Source of the DNA: Spirochaetia bacterium
Lineage (GTDB): Bacteria; Spirochaetota; Spirochaetia; SZUA-6; Bin103
NCBI GenBank assembly: GCA_965208575.1
Contig: CBDBOV010000001.1
Span: forward strand, 256,001-320,000
DNA length: 64,000 bases
Direction of reading: 5' to 3'
Shown here one piece after another: positions 44,331-54,812 of this stretch. The translations under genes were made by a program, and so were the position numbers. Each line of letters starts with the position of its first letter. Within the stretch, counting starts at the first letter, position 1. Under the pieces are notes generated by a model. It was not told the origin of the DNA. It searched no databases and saw only the letters and a program-made list of their open reading frames with translations.

Positions 44331-46733
44331 TCAGCGCGCCCTCGCCGGCGGCGCGGGTGCGGCGGCCACGGCGAGGCCGGCGCCGTCCACCCGCACCTCG
44401 ACCAGCAGGGTGCCGCGCACCGGGCCGTCGAGCAGCAGGTCGGTGACGCGGTCGGCCACCTCGCGCTGGAACAGGCGGGCGAGGGGGCGGGCGCCGTAGC
44501 GCGGCTCGTAGCCGCGTTCGCCGAGCCACTGCGCCGCCGCCTCGCTGAGCCGCACCTGGGCGCGGCTGCCGCGGCCCGCTGTGGAGCGGAGCTTGTCGTT
44601 GAGGCGGTCGAGGTGGGTCGCCACGATGCGCCGCACGCTGTCCGGCTGCAGCGGCTGGAAGGTGACGATGGCGTCGAGCCGGTTGATGAACTCGGGGCGG
44701 AACAGGCGCCTGGCGGCGGCCTCGGCGGCCGAGGTGGGCACCGGTGCCGTGCCGTCGTCGAAGCCGATGCCCCGCGCACTCATCTCCTCGCCGCCGGCGT
44801 TGGAGGTCATCGCCAGCACGGTGTGATGGAAATCGGCGCGCCGGCCGTTGCCGTCGGTCAGGGTGGCGTGGTCCATGATCTGCAGCAGCAGGTCGAACAG
44901 GTCGGGATGCGCCTTCTCGATCTCGTCGAGCAGCACCACGGAGTAGGGCGCCTTGATCACGGCGTCGGTGAGATAGCCGCCCTCGTCGTAGCCCACGTAG
45001 CCGGGCGGCGCGCCGATCAGCCGCGAGACGGTGTGCCTCTCCTGGTACTCGCTCATGTCGACGCGGATCAGCTCCACGCCGAGGATGTCGGCGAGCTGGC
45101 GGGTCAGCTCGGTCTTGCCGACGCCGGTGGGGCCGGTGAGCAGAAAGGCGCCGATCGGCTTGTCGGCGTCGCCGAGCCCGGCGCGGTTGCGCTTGATGGC
45201 GCGCGCGATGCGGTCGATCGCCTCGTCCTGGCCGAACACCCGCTGCCGCAGCCGCTCGGGTAGGTCGCGCAGCGCCTGCCGCCCGCCGCCCGACACCGCC
45301 GCCACCGGCCGCCCGCTCATGCCGGCCACCACCGCGGCGATCTCGGTGCGCGTGATGAGGTGGCGCCGGCCCGTTCGACCTGGTGGAGCGCCCGTGGACG
45401 ACGTGCCCCCGGTGTTGCCGGCGGATGTGCGGGCGCCAGGGGCGCCAGCCGTATCGGCACCGGCGCCGTCGGCGCCCGACTCCTCGTGCGCCGCGGCGCG
45501 CAGCTTGTGGCGCGAGCCGGCCTCGTCGATTACGTCGATCGCCTTGTCGGGCAGGCGCCGGTCGTGGATGTGCACCGCCGCCAGTTCGGCCGCGCTGCCG
45601 AGCGCCGCGTCGCTGTAGCGCACGCCGTGAAAGCTCTGGTAGCGCTCGCGCAGGCCGCGCAGGATCAGCACCGTGTCCGCCACCGACGGCTCGGCCACCA
45701 CGATCTTCTGAAAGCGCCGCGACAGCGCGTGGTCCTTCTCGAAGTGGCGGCGGTACTCCTCGTAGGTGGTGGAGCCGATACAGCGCAACTCGCCGCCGCC
45801 GAGCACCGGCTTGAGGATGTTGGAGGCGTCCATGGAGCCGCCGGAGGTGGCGCCGGCGCCGACGATGGTGTGGATTTCGTCGATGAACAGGATGGTGCCG
45901 GGTTGTTCGCGCAGGGCGCCGATCACCCCCTTGAGCCGCTCCTCGAAGTCACCGCGGAACTTGGTGCCGGCGAGCAGCGCCCCGAGGTCGAGGCTGACGA
46001 TGCGAGCGTCGCGGAACGCCGGCGGTACCTTGCGGTCGGCGATGTGCAGCGCGATTCCTTCCACGATGGCGGTCTTGCCGACGCCGGCGTCGCCGACCAG
46101 CACCGGGCTGTTCTTCTGCCGCCGGCCGAGAATCTGCAGGGCGCGTTCGATCTCCCGGCCGCGTCCGATCAGGGGGTCGATGGCGCCCGCGGCGGCGCGT
46201 TCGGTGAGGTCGGTGGTGTAGCGCTGCAGGAGCCCGGCCGCGGTGTCGCCCTTGGTCCCGGTGCGTTCGGGTGTGCCGCGGTCGCCGGCGTCCGCGCCGG
46301 CCATCTCCGGTCCGCCGTGCGAGATGACCTCCATCACGTCGACGCGCGAGATGCCCTGTTCCTGCAGGAAGAAGGCGGCGTGCGAGTCGGCCTCCAGCAG
46401 CAGCCCGGCCAGCACGTCTCCGGCGCCGGCCTGCTCGCGCTCGGCGCCGCGCGCCTGCAGCACCACGCGCTGCAGCATGCGGCGCACGGTGCGGGTCATG
46501 TCCAGCTCGTAGGGGGTCTGACCCGGCACCGACTGCAGATGGTCGCGAAAGAACGCCTCCAGCCGCGTGCGCAACTCGTGGGCCTCGCCGCCGCAGGCGG
46601 CGATAATCGCCGCGCAGTCGTCGTTGTGCAGCAGCGCGTACAACAGGTGTTCCAGGGTCACGAACTCGTGCCGGCGAATCTCGGCCTCCCGAAACGCCGC
46701 CGCCACCGACAGTTCAACGTCGCGGCTGAGCAC
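44331..46733 (-). CDS. clpA: ATP-dependent Clp protease ATP-binding subunit ClpA
   Basis: Clp-N HEFVTLEHLL, GDAGVGKT and GPTGVGKT Walker A motifs, GAPPGYVG, IGF loop, no M domain; adjacent to clpS. Confidence 0.95.
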   Translation of the reverse strand: MLSRDVELSVAAAFREAEIRRHEFVTLEHLLYALLHNDDCAAIIAACGGEAHELRTRLEAFFRDHLQSVPGQTPYELDMTRTVRRMLQRVVLQARGAEREQAGAGDVLAGLLLEADSHAAFFLQEQGISRVDVMEVISHGGPEMAGADAGDRGTPERTGTKGDTAAGLLQRYTTDLTERAAAGAIDPLIGRGREIERALQILGRRQKNSPVLVGDAGVGKTAIVEGIALHIADRKVPPAFRDARIVSLDLGALLAGTKFRGDFEERLKGVIGALREQPGTILFIDEIHTIVGAGATSGGSMDASNILKPVLGGGELRCIGSTTYEEYRRHFEKDHALSRRFQKIVVAEPSVADTVLILRGLRERYQSFHGVRYSDAALGSAAELAAVHIHDRRLPDKAIDVIDEAGSRHKLRAAAHEESGADGAGADTAGAPGARTSAGNTGGTSSTGAPPGRTGRRHLITRTEIAAVVAGMSGRPVAAVSGGGRQALRDLPERLRQRVFGQDEAIDRIARAIKRNRAGLGDADKPIGAFLLTGPTGVGKTELTRQLADILGVELIRVDMSEYQERHTVSRLIGAPPGYVGYDEGGYLTDAVIKAPYSVVLLDEIEKAHPDLFDLLLQIMDHATLTDGNGRRADFHHTVLAMTSNAGGEEMSARGIGFDDGTAPVPTSAAEAAARRLFRPEFINRLDAIVTFQPLQPDSVRRIVATHLDRLNDKLRSTAGRGSRAQVRLSEAAAQWLGERGYEPRYGARPLARLFQREVADRVTDLLLDGPVRGTLLVEVRVDGAGLAVAAAPAPPARAR

Positions 46734-47113
46734 TACGGCGCCTCCTGAATGGAGCAGCGCAGCGGAAACTCGTTCTTGCGCGCCAGTCGATGCACCTGTT
46801 CCACCTTCATCTCCGCCACCTCGCGGGTATACACGCCGCAGCGCCCGGCGCCGTGGCGATGGATGGCCAGCATGATGCGGGTCGCCTCCGAGGGAGGCTT
46901 GTAGAAGATACTCTCCAGGATGCTGACCACGAAGTCCATGGTGGTGTAGTGGTCGTTGTGCATCAGCACCTCGTAGCGCGGCGGCTCGCGCACCTCCTCG
47001 TCGCTGTCGGGAAGGTCGGCCAGGTCGGGCGCCGGCGGCGTGGCCTGCTCCGCCATGAACGCGTGCAGCGCCGAGCGGGCTGCAAACAGGTGCCGTCCAT
47101 GCGCGTTCGTCAT
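46733..47113 (-). CDS. clpS: Clp protease adaptor ClpS (alternative start 47056)
   Basis: PPRYEVLMHNDHYTTMDFVV, VAEMKV, FPLRC. Confidence 0.93.
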   Translation of the reverse strand: MTNAHGRHLFAARSALHAFMAEQATPPAPDLADLPDSDEEVREPPRYEVLMHNDHYTTMDFVVSILESIFYKPPSEATRIMLAIHRHGAGRCGVYTREVAEMKVEQVHRLARKNEFPLRCSIQEAP

Positions 47114-48201
47114 GTGTCGCTCTCCGGGAACAGCGGCAACTGGCGCGGATCGCCGGCCGGGCGCCGGAACAGGTCGGTGCGCAGGTCGACGCGGCCGCTG
47201 TTGAGTCCGGCGCGGCGGCAGGCGCCCGTGAACATCTGTTCGATCAGGTCGGCGAACGCTCCGGAGCCGCGCATGCGCGCGCCGAAGCGCGCCTCGTACA
47301 GCGTGCCGCCGCGCAGGTCGCGGATGCGTGCCAGCACCTTGCGCGCGTGGTTGGGACGATGCTCCTCCAGCCAGGCGGTGAACAGCGGCGCCACCGCATG
47401 GGGCAGGCGCAGCGTGACGTAGCCGGCATGGGTGGCGCCCGCTTCGCGCGCGGCGGCGAGGATGGCCGGTATCTCGTGGTCGGTGAGGCCGGGAATGACC
47501 GGCGCCACGAGTGCGATGACCGGGATGCCGGCGTCCGCCAGCCGCCGCACCGCATGCAGGCGCCGCTCGGGGGTGCTGGTGCGCGGCTCCATGGCCCTGC
47601 TCAGCGCGTGATCGATGGTAGGCAGGGAGATGCACACCGCCGCCATGCGCTGCCGCGCCAGCTTCGCGAGCAGGTCCAGGTCGCGCGTTACCAGGAAGTT
47701 CTTGGTGATGACGATTACCGGATTGCGCGCCTCGCACAGCACCTCCAGGCAGGAGCGGGTGATGCCCAGCCGGCGCTCGATCGGCTGGTAGGGATCGGTG
47801 ACGCCGCTCAGGCCAAGCGTCTGCGGGCGCCAGCCGGGCCGGCCCAGCTCCGCGCGCAGCAGGGCGGCGGCGTCTTCCTTGACCACGATGCGGGTCTCGA
47901 AGTCGAGCCCCGCGGACATGCCCAGGTATTCGTGGGTGGGCCGCGCGAAGCAGTAGGAGCAGCCGTGCTCGCAGCCTCGGTACGGGTTGATGGAGGCGTC
48001 GAAGCGGACGTCGGGGCTGTCGTTGTAGGTGATGATGGTGCGCGAAGTGTCGCGCAGCAGCTCGGTGCGCGGGCGCTCGGGCGCCTCGCCGGCGTCATGC
48101 TGCGCCTGCAGGGCGTCCGGATCGGGCACGTGATCGATGCCGTCGAAGCGGTTGCCGGGGTTTGCCACCGCCCCGCGCCCGCGCACCACGCGCCGGCTCA
48201 C
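47110..48201 (-). CDS. PA0069-family (SplB-like) radical SAM protein
   Basis: INPYRGCEHGCSYCFARPTHEYL, TDPYQPIE, APVIPGL. Confidence 0.9.
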   Translation of the reverse strand: MSRRVVRGRGAVANPGNRFDGIDHVPDPDALQAQHDAGEAPERPRTELLRDTSRTIITYNDSPDVRFDASINPYRGCEHGCSYCFARPTHEYLGMSAGLDFETRIVVKEDAAALLRAELGRPGWRPQTLGLSGVTDPYQPIERRLGITRSCLEVLCEARNPVIVITKNFLVTRDLDLLAKLARQRMAAVCISLPTIDHALSRAMEPRTSTPERRLHAVRRLADAGIPVIALVAPVIPGLTDHEIPAILAAAREAGATHAGYVTLRLPHAVAPLFTAWLEEHRPNHARKVLARIRDLRGGTLYEARFGARMRGSGAFADLIEQMFTGACRRAGLNSGRVDLRTDLFRRPAGDPRQLPLFPESDT

Positions 48202-49013
48202 GGCTGCACCTCGCCGCGCTCGGTGGCGGGCGCGGGCGGTCCGGTACCGGACGCCTCCCGCAGCCGGGCGACGGACCCACCCCGCGGCGCCGGCGTGCGG
48301 CCGGCAACCGCGTGCTCCCGGCGCGCCGCCACGGTTGCGGCTAGCTGCTCGACCGCGCGCCAGTAGGTGTCGTGCTCCGCCGCCAGCACCCGGCGCGCCA
48401 GCGTCTCCGCGGAATCCTCCGCGCGTACCGGCACCCGGCGCTGCAGGACGATCGCGCCGCCGTCGTATGCTTCGTCCACCAGGTGCACGGTAACGCCGGT
48501 TTCCCGCTCGCCCGCGGCCAGCACCGCGCGGTGCGGCGCCATGCCATACATGCCGCGCCCACCGTGGCGCGGCAGCAGCGCCGGATGGATGTTCAGGATC
48601 CGTCCCCGCCAGCGGCGCACGATTTCCGCGGGCAGCAGCTTCATGTAGCCGGCAAGCACGATCAACTGCGTGCCGTGCAGGGAGAGGACTTCCAGCAGGC
48701 GCGCGAGGTAGGCGGCGCGGCTCGGATGGGTGCGGCGCGACACGTGGTAGGCCGGCACGCCGCGCGCGCGGGCCAGCCTCATGACGGGGGCGCCGCTGTT
48801 GTTGCCGACCAGGCAGCGGAAGTGCGGCCGCACCGCGCCGCGGTACCGGTGGTCGAGCAGGGCGGCGGCGTTGCTGCCGGTGCCGGAGGCGAACAACGCC
48901 ACCGCCACCGCGGCGCCGCCCGGTTGCGCCGCCACCTCAGCAGCCGGCGGCGGACCCGGCGTCACACCGACGGCGACGCTCGGACGCTCGAATGCAGCCG
49001 GAGTTTTCGCCAC
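48198..49013 (-). CDS. purN: phosphoribosylglycinamide formyltransferase
   Basis: ASGTGSN, LAGYM, LNIHPALLP, TVHLVD..YDGG. Confidence 0.92.
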   Translation of the reverse strand: MAKTPAAFERPSVAVGVTPGPPPAAEVAAQPGGAAVAVALFASGTGSNAAALLDHRYRGAVRPHFRCLVGNNSGAPVMRLARARGVPAYHVSRRTHPSRAAYLARLLEVLSLHGTQLIVLAGYMKLLPAEIVRRWRGRILNIHPALLPRHGGRGMYGMAPHRAVLAAGERETGVTVHLVDEAYDGGAIVLQRRVPVRAEDSAETLARRVLAAEHDTYWRAVEQLAATVAARREHAVAGRTPAPRGGSVARLREASGTGPPAPATERGEVQP

Positions 49014-49032
49014 GGGCTGCCAAGCCGCCGCC

Positions 49033-51765
49033 TCAGGTGCGGGCGGCGAATTCGGCGTCGCGCACCACGAACGTGCCGTCAGGCAGCGAGTCGTCTTCCA
49101 CCAGTTCGAGACCCTCCGCGCGCACCGCGCTGATCACGTCGGCGGTTACCGGTTCCACGGCCCGGATGGCGCCGGAGTGACCGGCGAGCTGCATGGAACT
49201 GATGGCGCGCGCCACCGACACGCCGGACTGTGTCTTGTGGCGGTGGATGGCGGCCAGGGATGACTTGGCGGCGGCGAAGCTGGCCTCGCTGTCGGGCCGG
49301 CGGAACGCGGCGAATTCGGCCTCCGTGGGCCACGGCGCGCGATGCACCGAGCAGGCCGCCGGCAACGCCGCACCGGCTTCCGGATCGGCCCCGTTCAGCG
49401 CGCCGTCGACGCCGCGCGCGCCGGCCACCCGCAGCGCGTAGTCCCACGACCACAGCTCCTCGGTAATGTAGGGCAGCACCGGGGCGAACATGCGGACCAG
49501 CACGCCGAGCGCGAAGTCCAGGGTGGCCACCGCCGATGCGCGCTCCTGCTCGCTGACGCCGCCCTCACCCTTGGCGCGGTTCTTGGCCAGCTCTATGTAG
49601 GAGTCGGTGAAGTTGTCCCAGAAGAACGCCTCGGTGTGGGCGAGCCCGGTGGCGTAGTCGAACGCTTCGTGCGCCGCGCCGGCCTGCAGCACCAGGCCGC
49701 GCAGGGCGGCCAGAAAGCCGCGGTCCAGCTCTGCGCTCACCATGCCCGGGTGGGGCGGCTCGCCGCCCCACCCGGCGCGTGCACCGGCGACGATCCCGGC
49801 CACGAACTTGCCGGCGTTGTACAGCTTGGTCACCAGCCGCCGCCCGATCTTGAACACCGACTCGTCGTAGGCGGTGTCCACCCCCAGGCGGGCGCTCGCC
49901 GCCCAGTAGCGCGCGGCGTCCGCGTGGTGGGTCTCGATGATCTGCTGCGGGGTGACGGTGTTGCCGCGGCTCTTCGACATCTTCTTGCGGTCGGGGTCGA
50001 GGATCCATCCCGAGATCAGGGCGTGATGCCAGGGGATGGTGTCGAAGTGCAGGTGCGCCTTGGCGATGGTATAGAAGGCCCAGGTGCGGATGATGTCATG
50101 CGCCTGCGGGCGTACGTCCATGGGACAGAGCCGGCGGTGGCGCTGCGGGTTGCGCACCCAGCCGCTGGCGATTTCCGGGGTCAGCGAACTGGTGAACCAG
50201 GTGTCGAACACGTCCGCCTCGGCGGTGAACCCGCCCGGCCGGTCGCGCTGCTGTTCGCGATAGCCGGGCGGCACGTCGGTTAGCGGGTCGACCGGCAGCG
50301 CGGCGTCGTCGGCCAGCAACGGTCGCTCGTAGTCGGGCGCGCCGCCGGCGTCGAGCGGATACCACACCGGGAACGGCACGCCGAAGTAGCGCTGCCGGCT
50401 GATGCACCAGTCGAACTGCAGGTTCTCGGTCCAGTTGACGTAGCGGCTGAGCATGTAGCCGGGATGCCACTGGATTTCGCGCCCGCGCTCGATCAGCTCG
50501 TCCCGCTTGTCGGTGAGGCGCACGAACCATTGCCGGGTGGTGATGAACTCCAGCGGCCGGTCGCCCTGCTCGTAGTAGCGCACCGTGTGCTCGATGGGGC
50601 GCGGTTCGCCGCGCAGCGGCGGCCGGTGGCCGGCCGCGGCGCCGTCGGGGCGGCGCAACTGCTCGACGATGGCGGCGCGCGCCTGGCGCAGGTTGCGGCC
50701 GGCCAACTCGGCGTAAGAGCGGTTGGCGGCCTCCGGGTCGGCGCTGTCCCACTCGCCGCTGCCGAAGGTGACCTCCTGCAGGCGCCCGTTGGGAGCCACG
50801 ATCTGGCGCAGCGGCAGTTTCTGCTCCTGCCACCACTGCACGTCGGTGGTGTCCCCGAAGGTGCACACCATCAGGATGCCGGTGCCCTTGTCCGGATCGG
50901 CGAGCTCGGTGGCGAAGATCGGTACCCGCGCCCGGTACAGCGGCGTAACGGCGCGTGCTCCGAACAGTCCGCGGTAGCGTTCGTCGTCGGGATGGGCGGC
51001 CACGCCGACGCAGGCGGCGAGCAACTCGGGACGGGTGGTGGAGATCACGATCTCGCGGTCGGACCCCTCCACGCCGAACGCCAGGTCGTGGTAGTGGCCG
51101 GAGGTGGGGCGGTCCTGCACCTCGGCCTGCGCTACCGCGGTGCGGAAGTCGACGTCCCACATGGTGGGCGCCTCCGCGGTATAGAGATGCCCCTTGCGGT
51201 ACAGGTCGAGAAAGCTGTACTGCGCCAGGTGGCGGCTCGGCTCGCCGATGGTGGCGTACTCCTCGTGCCAATCCACCGACAGGCCGATGGTTTGCCACAC
51301 CCTCATGAACGCCTTCTCGTCCTCGGCGGTGACCAGGCCGCACAGCTCGATGAAGTTGCGCCGCGAAACCGCCCGCGGCGGCGACTTGAAGGTCTTGCTG
51401 GTGGCCATCGGCAACTCGAGGCCGGGCTCGTAGGGCAGGCCCGGCTCGCAACGCACGTGGAAGTAGTTCTGCACCCGCCGCTCGGTGGGCAGGCCGTTGT
51501 CGTCCCAGCCCATCGGGTAGAACACGTGCTTGCCGCGCATGCGCTGGTAGCGCGCCACCACGTCGGCCTGGGTGTAGCTGAACACATGGCCGACGTGCAG
51601 TGAGCCCGACACGGTGGGCGGCGGAGTATCCACCACGAACGCCTGCTCGCGGGTGTGGCCCGGGTCGTAGCGGTACACGCCGGCGCGTTCCCACCAGGCG
51701 CGGACGTGCTGTTCCCGGCGGGCGGCATCGTAGTGTCTCGGCAGCTTGCGCGGATCGAAGGTCAT
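49033..51765 (-). CDS. valS: valyl-tRNA synthetase (short, type-2 form)
   Basis: DTPPPTVSGSLHVGH, GWDDNGLPTE, DWCISRQR, KMSKS. Confidence 0.95.
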   Translation of the reverse strand: MTFDPRKLPRHYDAARREQHVRAWWERAGVYRYDPGHTREQAFVVDTPPPTVSGSLHVGHVFSYTQADVVARYQRMRGKHVFYPMGWDDNGLPTERRVQNYFHVRCEPGLPYEPGLELPMATSKTFKSPPRAVSRRNFIELCGLVTAEDEKAFMRVWQTIGLSVDWHEEYATIGEPSRHLAQYSFLDLYRKGHLYTAEAPTMWDVDFRTAVAQAEVQDRPTSGHYHDLAFGVEGSDREIVISTTRPELLAACVGVAAHPDDERYRGLFGARAVTPLYRARVPIFATELADPDKGTGILMVCTFGDTTDVQWWQEQKLPLRQIVAPNGRLQEVTFGSGEWDSADPEAANRSYAELAGRNLRQARAAIVEQLRRPDGAAAGHRPPLRGEPRPIEHTVRYYEQGDRPLEFITTRQWFVRLTDKRDELIERGREIQWHPGYMLSRYVNWTENLQFDWCISRQRYFGVPFPVWYPLDAGGAPDYERPLLADDAALPVDPLTDVPPGYREQQRDRPGGFTAEADVFDTWFTSSLTPEIASGWVRNPQRHRRLCPMDVRPQAHDIIRTWAFYTIAKAHLHFDTIPWHHALISGWILDPDRKKMSKSRGNTVTPQQIIETHHADAARYWAASARLGVDTAYDESVFKIGRRLVTKLYNAGKFVAGIVAGARAGWGGEPPHPGMVSAELDRGFLAALRGLVLQAGAAHEAFDYATGLAHTEAFFWDNFTDSYIELAKNRAKGEGGVSEQERASAVATLDFALGVLVRMFAPVLPYITEELWSWDYALRVAGARGVDGALNGADPEAGAALPAACSVHRAPWPTEAEFAAFRRPDSEASFAAAKSSLAAIHRHKTQSGVSVARAISSMQLAGHSGAIRAVEPVTADVISAVRAEGLELVEDDSLPDGTFVVRDAEFAART

Positions 51766-51849
51766 GTTCGGTGAGCCGTCCTGTCAGCAGCGCCCGTCGC
51801 CGCGGCCGCGGCCGGAGCGTGGCCGCGGCGAAGGCAAGTGGGCGGGCTG

Positions 51850-52332
51850 CTAATAATCGTAGCCGAGTTCGGCGGCGGCGACGCCCACCTGCACGACGCG
51901 GGTCTGGTCCACCCCGCCGACGGCGACGTACTTGAACACCGCCGAATCGAGCTCGCGTGGCTGGGCGTGCTGCACCACGACGGCGGCGAGGCCGCTGAAC
52001 AGCGCGGCGAACGGCGCCGCCTGGGTGCCGGCGTCCACGTCGGTCGGGAATGCGAAGCCGGTGCCGGGATTGTTGGTGTACACGATCTGGCCGTTCTCGT
52101 CGCTGATCCAGAACTCGGAGATGACGCTCTGCGCCGCCACCTTCCTCAGGATCCAGTTGATCTCGTCGGTGCTGTATCCGGCCTGCCGCGCGGCGTCGAT
52201 GAAGTGCGCCGTCAACATCGCCTGGGCTACCATGTGCTTGGAGGTCGCCTCCTCGACCGACACCGGGTCGGCAGCGGCGACTCCGCTCAGCGCCGCACCG
52301 AGCACCAGGACCAATATCGCAATTCGTTTCAT
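51850..52332 (-). CDS. secreted protein with a stand-alone Cache/PAS-like sensory domain
   Basis: GAGGAG RBS, signal peptide, EFWISDENG and FKYVAVGGVDQTRVVQVG resembling extracytoplasmic receptor domains. Confidence 0.6.
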   Translation of the reverse strand: MKRIAILVLVLGAALSGVAAADPVSVEEATSKHMVAQAMLTAHFIDAARQAGYSTDEINWILRKVAAQSVISEFWISDENGQIVYTNNPGTGFAFPTDVDAGTQAAPFAALFSGLAAVVVQHAQPRELDSAVFKYVAVGGVDQTRVVQVGVAAAELGYDY

Positions 52333-52716
52333 GAATCTTCTCCTCACGCTTAACTTGTTCACCATTGGCTCGGTCGGGTCAAGGGCTGCCGCCAGGCGAT
52401 CCGAAGCGCACATGGCTCCCTATTGCCTCACGTAAAAATCTAACCTTACGGTGAGCGTGCCTCACGTAAGAATCTAACCGAAAGGGAGGCGGAGAACGAG
52501 GGGGGAGCGCGAGGGGGGAGACTCATAAATTGTGGATAAGTGGATAGGCTGCTGGGCGACCGGCCGGGTTGATTCAAGCACACCAACGCGACCGGGGGCG
52601 TATCTGGTTGGTCGGCGCGGATGAGGAGGCGTCAACGGCAGGGAGGTGGTCGGTGCCGTGTCGTGTCGCTGACCGAAGAGGGGGCGGACGGGTCTGGAGG
52701 CGACTTCGGTGCTGGT

Positions 52717-52780
52717 GACACGGGGATGTCCAGACACCACCTCGTGTCGCGGAGAGGCCTTACAGCGCGGCTGAGGCGAC
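52717..52780. repeat. 64-bp two-hairpin block, copy A
   Basis: 60 of 64 positions identical to 54689-54752. Confidence 0.85.
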
Positions 52781-53098
52781 ATTTCTTGACGCCGACCGTC
52801 TGGCTCACGGATATACGGGCGTCAGAGACGCTCAGAAGTCATTTGCCGAGCCGGGTGATGCCGCCCACGCCGCGAGCGGCGCGCAGGTTGCTGCGGAGCG
52901 CACGGAGCGAGGCGCCCCGGACAACTGCACCGAGGTGCGTTGCCCGGGGCAGGGTCATGACAATTCCCCACCGCCGGGACGGGGTAGGCGACGAGGTTGC
53001 GACACCGGAGCCGTCGGGATCGAACGGGGCGGAGGAGATGCTGTACCCCGCTGACGGACGGAGGGCGTAGCCCGACCGGAGTCAGCCGGCGCGGTGCC

Positions 53099-54670
53099 GT
53101 GGAGGCCACCGTGGACGACGCCGAGATGGCGGACCAGGCAGCCAAGCTGCTCGCTTCCGGGATGAGCGGCTCAGCCTGCGCTCGCGAACTCGGCATCCCG
53201 GTGAGCACCTTCAACGAGAACCGCCGCGCCGGCGTCATCACAGATCCCACCCGGGAGCCCGCCGCCAGCGCCGAGGTTGCGCCGGCGGCCACCACCACTG
53301 ATCACCCGGTCAGCACCGCCGCCGCGGTCAGCGACCCGGCGGTCGCCACTGAGCGCGCCAGCCGCGACGCCCGCGACAAGCACGCGCCCATGGGCCGCGC
53401 GGCGCGCGACGTGGAACGCCGCACGCTCGCCAGAGCCGGCCTGCTGACCGAGGCCACACCAGCGTTCGTCGAGCCCGCCCACGCGGTCGCTGGCGGCGGC
53501 GTGCTGGCCGCACTGGCGATGCTGCTGCGCGAGGGCCTGCTCACCGCCGCCAACCGCCTGTTCCGCCTGCCGGCCGGATTCTACGGCCTGACCACCATCC
53601 TCCTGTTCGTCGCCTGCATGACCCTGGCCCGGGTGCGCAACCCCGAGAGCCTGCGCTACCAGGCACCCGGCGAGTGGGGCGCCATCCTCGGCCTCGACCG
53701 CTGTCCGGAGACCAAGACGCTGCGCCGCAAGATCAGGCTGCTGGCCAGCGCCGAGCACACCGTGCGCGATTGGCAATCGGTACTGGCGCGTACCTGGGCC
53801 AGCGAGCACGACGACGACTGGACGACGCTGGCCGTGGATGGCCACGTGAAGGTGTACACCGGGCGCAACGGGCGGTTGCCGAAACACTTCGTCGCACGCC
53901 AGAAGCTGTGTCTGCCGGCGTCGGTGAGCTACTGGATCAACGCCCTCGGCGGCGCACCGCTGCTGTGCCTGCACAAGGCGCTGGACCCGAAGCCGGTGAA
54001 TGCGATCAAGCACGACGTGGTGCCGCAGTTGCAGCACCTGGGGGTGGTGACCGAAGCGGCCCCCGACCTGACCGGAGCACCGGCCGGTACCCCGCAGCTG
54101 ACCCTGGTGTTCGACCGCGAGGGCTGGAGCCCGGACCTGTTCAAGCGCCTGGCCCGGCGTGGCATCGCCTGCATCACCTGGCACAAGAACTTCAACGGCG
54201 CGGACTGGCTGCCGGAAGACTTCCACACCTTCGAGGTACCGATCCATGGTCCCGCCGGCACCAGCACGACTGCGGTTGATCTGGCCGAGCAGCCGATCAT
54301 GCTGCGCAACGGGCTGGTGGTGCGCCAGATCCGGCGGCGTCTGGCCAACGGTCGTCAGGTGGCGGTGATCACCACGCACCCGCAGATGCCGTTGGCGCAG
54401 GTCGCCGGCGCCATGTTCTCGCGCTGGTCGCAGGAGAACTTCTTCAAGTACCTGCGCGAGCAGTTCAACCTTGACGCGCTGCCGAGCCATGACCTTGCGC
54501 CGCCGGAGCCCGACGCACGGGTCGTGAACCGGTGCGCCGGGCCCTGGAAAAGAGCATCAGGCGGGTACGCAGCCGGCTGGCAGCGGTCCGCAATCGCCTC
54601 GCCGAGGCACTGCAGGGACGGCACCGGGACTCCGCCACCCGGCTTACGGTCGCGGATAAAGTTGCACTGA
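53099..54670 (+). pseudogene. truncated, frameshifted putative transposase
   Basis: HTH-like N-terminus, VDGHVKVY, LVFDREG, RWSQENFFKY DDE-like motifs; apparent frameshift near 54530 and loss of the C-terminus. Confidence 0.7.
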
Positions 54671-54688
54671 ATTGCATGGTTATGCATA

Positions 54689-54752
54689 GACACGGGGGTA
54701 TCCAGACACCACCTCGTGTCGTGGAGGGGCCTTACAGCGCGGCTGAGGCGAC
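54689..54752. repeat. 64-bp two-hairpin block, copy B
   Basis: Direct repeat of 52717-52780, located 60 bp downstream of the transposase stop. Confidence 0.85.
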
Positions 54753-54812
54753 GTTTTCTCATCGCTGACCGCCCATTCTCCGATTATCGACCGTCAGACC
54801 CGCCTGAGAGGG

